Source: Salpingoeca rosetta
Lineage: Eukaryota; Protista; Choanoflagellata
Length of the DNA stretch: 64,000 nucleotides
Assembly: GCA_033442325.1 (NCBI GenBank)
Contig: JAWQFM010000031.1
Location: 417,760 to 481,759, forward strand
Direction: 5' to 3'
The position numbers were made by a program, and so were the translations under genes. Shown piece after piece: positions 1 to 10,600 of the stretch. Position 1 is the stretch's first letter; every line of letters begins with the position of its first letter. The notes beneath the pieces were generated by a model. It was not told where the DNA came from and did not search any database. It worked only from the letters and a program-made list of their open reading frames with translations.

Positions 1-150
1 TACATACATGCATACATACATACATACATACATACATACATACATACATACATACATACATACATACATACATACATACATACATACATACATACACACA
101 CACATACACACACACATACACACACACATACACACACATACATACATACA
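1..150. repeat. (TACA)n / (CA)n microsatellite in a PDX1 intron
   Basis: Direct sequence. Confidence 0.95.
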
Positions 151-195
151 CACACCACTTACTCACTCACACACACTCACTCAAAAACGCGTCAG

Positions 196-376
196 TACGC
201 TGGAGAGGAGCGCGTGCCGCTTGCGCTGGTGAAGCGGACGCGCGACCTTGGGCGGCTGCCTGTTGTCAACTTTGCTGCTGGCGGCATTGCCACGCCCGCC
301 GACGCCGCCATGATGATGCAGCTCGGCTGCGACGGCGTCTTTGTCGGATCGGTGCGCACATGTGTGTGTGTGTGTA

Positions 377-418
<42 letters not shown>

Positions 419-781
419 GTGCAGAAGACACAACTTTGTTGTTCTGTTCTCACATTTTGCATACATGGTAACACCTTCACACACATTCACACGCATTTGC
501 ACACACGTTCACACACACAATTTATCCCCTCCCCCACACGCACGCACACACACACACACGCATTCTCCTCCGCCTTCCACCTTTCACCACCTCAGGGCAT
601 CTTCAAGAGCACCAACCCCGAGAAGCGCGCGCGGGCGATTGTGGAGGCCGTGACGCATTTCCGGGACGCGGCGGTGCTGGCGCGCGTGAGCGAGGACCTT
701 GGACCGGCCATGGTCGGCATCAGCTGCGACTCGCTGCTGCGTGACCCAGCGCACAACCAACTCGCCTCCACCCCGGAGTGA
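196..781 (+). CDS. PDX1: Pyridoxal 5'-phosphate synthase subunit PDX1/SNZ, last two exons (196-351, 596-781); 5' part lies upstream of the window
   Basis: Spliced translation contains [34 protein letters not shown]|[22 protein letters not shown]...[11 protein letters not shown], the SNZ/PDX1 signature. GT-AG intron 352-595; TGA at 779-781. Confidence 0.96.
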
Positions 782-838
782 CGCCTGGCTGTTGTCAACG
801 TATGGGGAGAGAGAGATAGCGACGCAGCCAGAGCGCGA

Positions 839-870
<32 letters not shown>

Positions 871-1126
871 ACACACACATCTCGTCTCATTCATCCCAAC
901 TTGGTTGTTCTTCCTTGATGTTGCTTTTGTTTTCGTACATTTTATGGTCCTGTTATCCAACAATACACCATTCCATTTCATTCAACACAACAACAGCAGC
1001 ACTTCACACAACACCTCTGATGCACGCAAGCAACACACACACATGCAGGAGACAGGTTTGTATGTACATAAATCAATAACCAAACCAGCAAGTACCAGAG
1101 CGACCATCATGCACACCACCCACCAC

Positions 1127-3820
1127 TCAAGAGCGGCGCATGAGGTGGCGCACTACAAGCTGCGCGGCGTGGGTGGACTGAACGTCCTGCGGCCACGCCT
1201 GCACGGCAGTAAGGGCGGATTGCGCAACGGCGCTGTCGTCAAGGTCCAACAACACCAAGTTGAGCACATCCATGAGGTCAAAGCAGCACGCGTGCGAGAG
1301 AAGATCGCACAGGTCCTTCGGCTGCTGCAGATACACGCGTGCCAGGCCAACCTCCTCCCACAGCAGGTTCAGCATGCCCGCGCTTGAGTGAATGGAGGAG
1401 AGTCGCACGCCATGACGCAAGCTCATGCCGGCCAGCGCGTTGTGCGTTGCTGCGTACGACCCGCGCCGCTGCCGCCTTCGCGGTGTCAGCGCATCGCCAG
1501 CACGCGGGTGCATCGCAGCCGGCGCCGGCGGGGACATGGAGTGCGCGGGATCAGCACGTGCCCAGGGCATGATCAAAGGAGAGTGCATGTCGCCGGCACC
1601 GCTCTCATCCTGCCGCTGTGCGTGGCCCATGGCGCGAACCAGCGTCGTCAACAGGCGCAGGCGAGACTCGTCCCTGTGCGAGAACACGCCGTACTTGTGC
1701 AGCATGCCCACCACGCCCGTGTATCCGCCCAGCACCGCCGTCAGGAGCGGGCACTGCTGTGTAAAGGCGGCCTCCTCCGTCGTCAGGAAGATGGCACGCG
1801 CCACCACCAGCCGGCACCCCGCACACGCCTCCATATTGCGCACCACACGCCGATCCACATGCATAATTGGATGTGTTGATGTTGCCGATGGTGTTGCCGA
1901 TGGTGTTGCCGATGTTGTGGCGGTGGTGGTGGTGCCGCTGCTGCTGGGAGAGGTGGGGATTGACGTGGCTGTGTTGCTAGCGCAGCCACGCTTCTTTGCG
2001 TCACTGCTGCTGTCGCTGTTGTCGTTGCCTCCCACGTGCTTGCATGCACTGCATGTACTGCTGCGTTTGTCACCATCAGAGTCCGTGAAGCCAAAGCACT
2101 GGGTGAGGAGGACATGCAGGGCGTCGGTGAACCCAAAGCGGCAGCAGCCCGCAGCCACGGCCTGCCAGCACGAGACGGGCACGCGCGCATGCAACTGCGT
2201 GCGGGTGAGAAACTGCAGCACGCGCGACAGGGCAAAGCCGAAGCTGGGCGCGCACATGCTCATGAGGTTGGTGGACACGATGGCCAGCATGGCATCGTCA
2301 AACTCAAACTGCCGGCGCACAAAGTCGAGGCACTTGACGGCACCGCACCGGCACATCTGCCCGAGCAGCGGCCACGCGTGCGTGAGGCCCGGCAGCGTGT
2401 CCGTGTAGTGCTGGCGCCGCAGGTCGAGCGCGTTGTGCAAGCATGCAAGCACAAAGGCGCGGTCGCGGCTGACGGCCGCCTCAATGTGCGGCACGTGCAC
2501 GCGGGCGTACTGCGCGTGGTTGCGCAGCAGATGGTCCAGCAGCGCCACGTTTCCGTCCTCGCACGCGTGCGCCACGGCAATGCTGGCCAGGTCAAGCAGG
2601 TCCTCCTCCGGCACGCTCAGCGAGAGAAAGTAGTCGACCGTGCGCGGGCTGTTGAGCACGGGCGCGTTGGCGTGCAGCGCGTCCGCCACCTGCTGCTGCT
2701 CGGAGTAGTTGGCCTTGCCTGCAAGCAACCGCGCCGCGTCCGCGTGCCCGTTCTGCAGGCTCTGGTCGAAGAAGGCCAGCAGGGACTCGCGGCAGATGAG
2801 CGGGGGCACGCTGTCCGCCACTTTTCCAATGGCATCGAAGATGGCCCGGATGCACGCCACGTGGCCCATCTTCACCGCCACGCGCATGCACAGCAGCATG
2901 GCCGCAGACCGCTGCTTGTGCTCGGCAGCCAGCAGCGGCGGCAGCGTCAGCAGGTGGTGCAGCACGCGCGCCGCGCCAACCAGCGCCGCCACGCTGGCCA
3001 CGTCCACCACGGCCTCCGGCGTCTTCAAGTGCGGCCGCTCGCGCGGGAAGAAGCGCGTGTACAGGCGGACGGCCGACTCCGCCATGCGCGGCGGCGGCAC
3101 CGCTGGCGGCGGCATGACGGCGATGGTGTCGTGCACGAGCTGGATGACCGGGTTGGAGCGGCGGCGCGGCCCGCGCTCTTGTTGCTGCCGGTACACCGCT
3201 GTCACGCGCCACAGCACCTTGTACGGGCGCATCTCATCCACCGTGGCGTGCAGGAACCAGCAGCTGCAGCGCAGAGCACACAGATCGTCCACGCTCAGGT
3301 GCGGCAGCACGTGCTGCTGGATCACCTCCCGCGGCAGATCACACAGCGTGTGCAGGTCATCGTGCTGGTGCTCGTGGTCGTGGTTGGGGCGGTCACGGTG
3401 GCCGTGGTCGTGCATTTGCTGCTGCGGCTGTGTTTGTGAGCGCTTGGCGAAGAAGGGTGAGGGCGGCGTTGTCGTAATCACCGGCACCTTCGGCGCCTTG
3501 CTCGTGGTCATTGGCGCTGCGTCTGTGGCTGGTGCGCCCCAGCGCTGGTTGTAGCGGTGGTAGTACTGCTCCTCAACGGCCACGCTGCTGGACGACGAGG
3601 AGGTCATGGACGATGCTGCGACCCGGTCGGGCGAGCTTGGCACAGAGGCATACGCGCTGTCCAGGCCGCGTGCACTGCTACTGCTGCTGCTACTGGTGGT
3701 GCTGGTGCTGGTGGTGGCCGTGTGCTTGGGCGCTGTGCTGGCGTCGGACGCCATGGAGGACGTGGAGGTCGTCCTCCCGCGGTACCAGCTCATGTTGCAG
3801 GTGAGCTCACGCTGGCTCAT
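1127..3820 (-). CDS. F-box protein with C-terminal ankyrin-like/helical repeats; single exon; start uncertain (ATG at 3820 or downstream)
   Basis: Long ORF with F-box-like LCDLPREVIQQHVLPHLSVDDLCALRCSCWFLH, followed by ankyrin-like units (AVKMGHVACIRAI, SLQNGHADAARLL, ACEDGNVALLDHLL, AVLGGYTGVVGML). Confidence 0.75.
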   Translation of the reverse strand: MSQRELTCNMSWYRGRTTSTSSMASDASTAPKHTATTSTSTTSSSSSSSARGLDSAYASVPSSPDRVAASSMTSSSSSSVAVEEQYYHRYNQRWGAPATDAAPMTTSKAPKVPVITTTPPSPFFAKRSQTQPQQQMHDHGHRDRPNHDHEHQHDDLHTLCDLPREVIQQHVLPHLSVDDLCALRCSCWFLHATVDEMRPYKVLWRVTAVYRQQQERGPRRRSNPVIQLVHDTIAVMPPPAVPPPRMAESAVRLYTRFFPRERPHLKTPEAVVDVASVAALVGAARVLHHLLTLPPLLAAEHKQRSAAMLLCMRVAVKMGHVACIRAIFDAIGKVADSVPPLICRESLLAFFDQSLQNGHADAARLLAGKANYSEQQQVADALHANAPVLNSPRTVDYFLSLSVPEEDLLDLASIAVAHACEDGNVALLDHLLRNHAQYARVHVPHIEAAVSRDRAFVLACLHNALDLRRQHYTDTLPGLTHAWPLLGQMCRCGAVKCLDFVRRQFEFDDAMLAIVSTNLMSMCAPSFGFALSRVLQFLTRTQLHARVPVSCWQAVAAGCCRFGFTDALHVLLTQCFGFTDSDGDKRSSTCSACKHVGGNDNSDSSSDAKKRGCASNTATSIPTSPSSSGTTTTATTSATPSATPSATSTHPIMHVDRRVVRNMEACAGCRLVVARAIFLTTEEAAFTQQCPLLTAVLGGYTGVVGMLHKYGVFSHRDESRLRLLTTLVRAMGHAQRQDESGAGDMHSPLIMPWARADPAHSMSPPAPAAMHPRAGDALTPRRRQRRGSYAATHNALAGMSLRHGVRLSSIHSSAGMLNLLWEEVGLARVYLQQPKDLCDLLSHACCFDLMDVLNLVLLDLDDSAVAQSALTAVQAWPQDVQSTHAAQLVVRHLMRRS

Positions 3821-4640
3821 GGTACATACGGCTTCGGAGAGAGGAAGGGGAATGAGGAGAGGGAGGTGCCTTGTGGTGTGGTGGGAGGTGTGGTGTGGTG
3901 TGGTGTGGGAGGTGTGGTTCGAACCAAGAGAGCCAAGGCTGTGGGGTGTGTTCGTGTTGGAGTTGGATGCTTGCAAGCAAGCAAGCAAGGAAAGGAAAAA
4001 GAAAGTTTACTTGGTGGATTGGCTGGTGAGTGAATGGATGGGATCGATGGGATCGAGGCGGTTGGGGAGAGCGGGGGGGGGGGGCGGTGAGCGTGGTGGT
4101 GTGAGGGCTTGGCTTGGAAAACGGCAGCACAGCGCAGCGCAGAGCAAGCAGAGCAAGACAGCGAAGCAAGCAAAGGAAGGAGTTTTGCGCGCTTGGCTTG
4201 CTTGGCTTGGCTTGTTTTGTGGCTTTTTTGTGCGACGCTAGCCGGTGCCAGGCAACATCACAAGTTGCAGGGTTGCAGCAAAACGCAAAACGCAAACAAG
4301 ACAGCGTGAGCAAGGTTGGCATGAGCAATCAAAGTGAAAGGGTGGCGAAACTGTCAACGTTGACAGAAGTGCGGATAGATAAAAGGGTAGTGGATGCGGG
4401 TAAAATTTGAGGCGGCAAGAACAAGGAGAAAAGACGTGTGTCACACAGGAGACACACCCAAAATGTTTTCTTCGTGGTGTGGAGAGACAAACACTCACTG
4501 CAGTGCCCTTGCCGTGCCATGAGCACGAGACAACAAAGCAAGAGACCACTTTCACGCACATGACGTTCACGCACACAACAATACACGAGACTACAAGAAG
4601 ATACTCTGTCCTGCTGGCCGGCCTCCTGACCGAGGACACC

Positions 4641-7600
4641 ATGTGTGACCCAAAGCCGACAAGGCAACAGTGCGCATCTGAAGCGCCACTAACTCAACAA
4701 GTGAGAGCAGCTCGAGCGACAGACAAAAACCTCCCAGAGCCTCCCAGTCAATTCTCGTTGTTGAATCATGGGAGTAACCGATACTGTTGTAGTGAGCCCG
4801 TGGAGGACATTCAACAGCGCGTACAGGACTCCCCTCCTTCAACGGAAAAGTATCTCGTTCTCATTTGGGTTAGTGGCATTTCATGAGGACTTTGGCTTGA
4901 AAAGATTGCACGGATGGGCGTTTGATTGGTTGGTTAAGGTTGTGCAACCTCATGCGGCACGCACATTTTTCTGACCTAACAAGTCTCCTCAAACTCAATG
5001 TAAAATGCTGCGTGCTGTTTGTTAGTGTGCACTGGCAGAGACTCCACTTGGGCAGGGGCACCAACCTGACGCCAAGAAAACTGATCTGCTGCAGCTTGTG
5101 CAGAATGCCAAGAACCGTGCAACAGACGAAGTATACTTACCTTGTCATCGGGATAACTTTGAAGACCTTGAAGATCACATCAAGTCCAACAAGTGGGCAG
5201 AAGCGTTTGATTCAGTCGTGGCTGTGCTTCAAGACGTTCGTCCCTTTGACATTCATAAGACAAGGTATCTCATCGACCAGAGTCGCGTGTATGCGGAGGC
5301 GATGCAGAGCAAGAACGTCGTCGTCTTCCTCGGTCGATCGGGCGCCGGCAAATCCACCTCCCTGCTCTATCTCTCTGGCTGCAAGATGATCCAGCGTACC
5401 AACGCCTATCGCGACATTGGCCCTGCCCCTGGCGCTGCTCCTGAGGGCTTCAAGGTCAATGGCAACCCCGAAAGCGAGACGGCGTACGTGCGTGGTGTCC
5501 GCATGACAGTGGATTACCTTGTGGACAACGGCGTTATGTTCGGAGATGACGACACAGACGTCCTGATTGTGGACACGCCAGGTTAGTTGCAGCTTTTCTG
5601 TTTCGCACCCAATACACGCACACGCACACATACACACATTCTCTCACATGCATGCTTGATGCACACTTGTGTCCCCACCTCGCCTCAATAACTCACTAAC
5701 TGCTTCCCCACCCCCGCATCCATTCCACAACTCAATACACAGGCATCGGCGACAATTCCGGTCCAGAGGTTGACGTGGCGAACACCATCGGCATCCACCA
5801 CGCCCTCAAGTCATGCAAGGGCTTCTGGCCGGTCATCGTCGCTTCCAAGGATAGTGGCGGCAACGGAGAACTGACCAAGGCGAGCCTGAAAGTGGCCTCC
5901 AACCTCTTCAAGAGCATCAGCAGCATCAAAAGTCGCCTGTCTTTCCTCTTCACTAAGTACCAGAGCGTTGACGAGCATGACGCAATCGCTGAAATGTTCA
6001 AGGTGTTCCAGGAGCAAGCACGGGAGCGCCCTAGTGATGATCCGTACCGTGTCATCGTCCGCGTCATCGCCGCCAAGCTCAAGCAACTCAAGAGTCGGAA
6101 ACAAGCCGGAGATGAGATTGTCCTCCCTCTCGAACCAGATCGCATCGCACTGCACCTCAACGACATCTTGAACAAGCAACCCATTGCCCCGTCAAGCGTG
6201 GCCGACCAACCATCGCTCCTCTCCATCTCGGAGGCAGCCATCGCTGACCAGGCCCGCCTCAACATCGCCGCCATCCAGTTTGCCATGGAGCGTGGCGAGC
6301 ACGACCTCGCCGTTCAGCGCGTCAAGGAGCTGCAGGACCTGCAGGAGGTGGTGCCGTCCGAGGAGGTGACGCGGGCCACAAAGAACGCCCAGCAGGCGAT
6401 TGTGCAGCACCTTACGCGTGAGTTCAACGCTGTGGTGGAGCGCATCAACGAGTTCAAGGATGCTTCTACCGGCTTCATTGCCGTGGATGTGCTGGACACC
6501 CTCACCGCCATTGGCGACGCCACCCGCTTCTTCCAACGTGAGCTGCAAAACCTCGACCTCTCCGCCGTCTCTGCAGAGGTGACGGCCTCCGCCCTTGGCG
6601 ACCTGGTCAACACACTGCAGCGGGACGTGGGCCGCGCTGAGCTCTCCGCCCACGCGCGCGTCAACCAGGCCAACAAGCTGCGCACCCTCGTCAGCGCCAT
6701 CAGCAGCATCCCTGCCGAGCGGTACGAGAGCGCCGCGCAGGGCCTCGCAGACGAAGTGCTTTCGATGCAGCGGCGTGCTGTTGAGGCGCTCGAACAGCGA
6801 CAGCTGCACGAGGCAGGCGATCTAGGCACAGCCACGCTACAGGCTGCAGATGCTTTTGCCGCCCACCTCGACGCCACCCGCACGGCCCAGCTGACAGGCG
6901 CCAGCGTGGGCTCCAGTGGCGCCGGCAGCAGCGGCAGCACATCGTCAACAACAACAACAACAACAACAACAACGACGACGACGACGAGCACTGCCAGCAG
7001 CCAGAAGACCAGCGCCAGCAGCCTCCCTCAGCAGGTGGGCGAGTTCACCCTCACTGGCCAAGTCGAAGTCGAAGCAGAGACCGCCCAGTCGGCGTCGCAG
7101 CGCATTGCTCCCTGGCGGGACGCGTTCATCAAGTCCCTGCGTGCTGCCGTGCATTACCCTGTTGAGCAAGCTCGTCGCACTCTGATCGACCTCACCCCAA
7201 ACAACTTGGGCCTAAAAGGACAGACCGCTGTGGACGCGCTGGCAACAGCGCTGGCCCTCACCACCGATGTGCAGAAGACGCCCCAGCTTGCAGCCGTCAT
7301 CGGCGCACAGCAGCTGGAGTCGCTGCTCGACCAGCTTGTGTTCGTGTGCGACGAGCATCTCACCCACATCATCAACGATATTGCGGAAGTGTGCCAGCAG
7401 GACCTGACCGACGCCCTTCAGCAGGCAGAGCCGCTTGTGCTCCACCTCGTCCGATTCCGCGACTTGCCCTCTGTGGATTTGGCGCGCAAGTACACTCGCC
7501 ACGAGGCCGCAGCGCGTGCAGAGGTTGCCCGGGTCGTGGGCACCGCCCAACAGCTCGTGCGCGATATTTTGCACAACGCGTTTAACAACCACAGTGACAG

Positions 7601-10600
7601 TGGCATACCTTGCTCTCTCACAGCCCTGCTGGCCTCGCTCAAGGCCGCAACGTATGCCAACGAACTGCAGGCTGGCATGATTGACAAGGCCACCGACAAA
7701 CTCATCAGCAGCGTGCGAAGTGAGGAATGCCAGTTTGTTGCCGTCGCCACCCGCATGCCCATCCAGCTCGACAACCCCGACATTGTTCCCAATGTGGCGG
7801 AGGCCATCGCCCGACTCTCCAGCCTGCGCACACTTGGTAGCATCCTTGGCGGTGTCGGTGAGGGCTACACACATGCCATTACTCACGCAGAGAATACTGT
7901 CCAACGCATTGTGGACACGGCCAAGGAGTTCTTTGCCAAAGTCCCAACAGACATCGTCTTTGACAACCCTGCAACGGGCGGTGACGAAGACGTGTCGAGC
8001 CCTTCACCATCGACCACGCGCCTTGACTTCCAGCTCGACCTGAGACGTGTGAGCCGCATCCACCACTTTCTCCACAAGGCGACAAAGGAGTGCAGCCTTG
8101 AAAAGCACATCTCTGGTATAAAGGACTTGAAGAACGTCTTGCAGGGCTCCATGGCCAGCTATGGAACGCTCGTTCGTCTCTACCTCTCCCATGTCAACGC
8201 CAACGTGATCCAAACGTTTGTGAACGATGCGGCTGATGATGCAGTGGCCGCTACCAGACGCCTGAGGATGGCTTGTCTCACGCTCCAGATTCGACTGGAG
8301 GAGCTGCAGCGCATGGAGGATCAGTTCCCAGAACTGCACGCGCTGGCGTTTCCAACGCCGCCACAAGAGCTCATCCCCTTGCGCCAAGATGCAGCAAATC
8401 GAGAATTGGAGTGCCGTCAGCTGAGACAGGACGGACGACTCAATGAACTGCATCGCCACGTGCTGGCTGCAGGCATCTTGCGACAGCTCGACGGCGTCCT
8501 CAAGGGCGCCATCACGTACACCCAGCTCTACCGAAACGCTGTAGAACAAATCACCGACTTCAGCAGACGGGCTGTCCAGAATGTTAACGCAGCAGTTGAA
8601 AGGCGCAGCTTTTTGGAGGTGGCGACCTTGCTCGAGCAGCTTCATGACACGGCCCCCCAGCAGCGGTCAACGTTGGATCAGTCCATCATAACTGCCGTCG
8701 ATGCAACCTACGCCAACTGCCTGAAGCGTGCTCGCCAGATCACCAACGTTAACGGCGACAAATCCCGTCTGCAGCGGTTCGAGGAGCTGCAGCAAGCCCT
8801 CAGCAAGGCAAAATCGACCATACAGCTGCAGGCGCCCGGCCTTGAGCTCGTTACCGCAGAGCAAGCTGACGAGTGGGAGAAGAAGATCGCTGCCGTGAGG
8901 AACACAGTGAGCACATTCCTAACAGATGAGTGCAACCGAGTGGAGAGCGACATGCAGCGATGCTGCTTCGCCGAGGCCCAAACCCAACTGCAGGAGCTCG
9001 CTTCCTGTATCCAAGCTGTTGAGCACGAGCTTGAGGGCTTGGATGAAGCACGCGCGCGCATCAGCGACCTCAGGACTCGTATCCTCAAGGGCCCCGAGGA
9101 GGCAGTCGCTTCTTTTGGGGGTTTGACATTGGAGAAGGCCATCCGCAACCCACCACAGATCTTGACGCACCTTGCCAAGGAGAGCGACCAGGTGAAGAAA
9201 GCCGTGAACCAGCATCTTATTGAGCTGCTGACAGACTTTAAGGATCGCATGTCCAGTGATGACGTGATGAATGTGAACCTGGAAGCAGTGGCTCTGCATT
9301 TGAAACACTTCAAAAAGCTGTGCCCTCAGCACATACAGCAACAATTGGCTGCAACATCGGCTGACATTCTGGCAACGCTTCGCCAGCGCATTGCATCACG
9401 GGCGAATGAAGCCGGAGAGCGCCTTGACCACGATGACTGGGATGGCCTCAAAACTGACGTTGAGCTGATGCGCAAACAGCCTGCGGGCCAGCTTGCCAAC
9501 ACCATCAACGCGCAACTCACGTCCAAGGTTGACGGCATCGCCGAGGACGCCTTCCAAGCGCTCGAGGACCGCAGACAAGACCGGCAGCTCCTCAAGGTTG
9601 TGAAGCGCCTGGCCAAGTGCAACGAGATTGGCGTGCCGACTGCAGCGGCCAAGCTGAAGGCCATGGTGCAGCAAGCGACATCGAAGCTGGGCGTTGAACA
9701 CCAAACAATGGCGCACGTGTTTGCCTCACCCCAACTGACGGAGCCGGACATCGCCCGTGACGTGTCCCAGGACTTTGCACGGAGCGTGGTGCGCGCCCTC
9801 TATTTGGAGAGCAGCATTCAGCTGGCAAACAACTCCATCAAGAAAGACAGGACAACTGGCGGCGGAGGCAGACTGCAGCGTCACGAGACGGACGATGGTG
9901 CGTCTGTGCTCGAGGACGATGGTGCGTCTGTGCTCGAGGACCTCCGTGCATGGGCAGTGAAGTGCTCGAAAGATGTGGCCAAGCTGCAGCAGGACGTGGG
10001 CCATCTCAAGACCGCGCTGGCAGAGCTGGAGCCCTCCAAAGTGGACTGGAACGCCTTTGCATCCGTCAACCCGATGCTGCTGTCGCACCAGTGTGGGCTG
10101 GTTGCATGCACTGGTTCGGAGCTCGCCCGACCCGCAAAGGAGCTTCACATCGCACCAGCTGTTCTGGAGGAGTGCCAGAAGTGCAAGCAGTCGCTCGATG
10201 CAATCGTGTCGGAGCTGGATGACGTGACAACAAAGTGGTTCGACGAGAGCATGGGCATCAACGTGCTGGATGACCAGTACAACGTCAATTCAGAGGAGAT
10301 GCGCAAGGCATACGCACGCCTCCACTGCACGAAGCAGCTCCTGGAGCTGACACTTCCCTTTGCGGCCTATTTTGCAGACGGGGTGGAGGCGGTGCGCTCA
10401 CGCCCGGAGCAGCTGGCCGAGCACGTGCAGCTGCAAGAGGAGCACATTTCATCAGAGCTCCACGCAGCCCAGACGTCACGCAAGTACGATCGGATGAATA
10501 ACCTGATGGCCCACTGGAACAACATTATTGCTCTCACAAATGCCAAGCCACCACCGTCCCTCGGATCCAAGTCAAGGGTTTTGTCGAAGGGCATGCGAGG

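Noticed and set aside
1388-3554. Long plus-strand ORFs (327, 467 and 281 aa) opposite the F-box gene; similar antisense ORFs at 19354-22388 and 28842-30083
   Set aside because: Shadow ORFs of GC-rich coding sequence with no recognisable motifs.
4800-5280. TIR- or death-fold-like domain ahead of the GTPase
   Set aside because: It looks globular, but I could not match a diagnostic motif; it needs HHpred.
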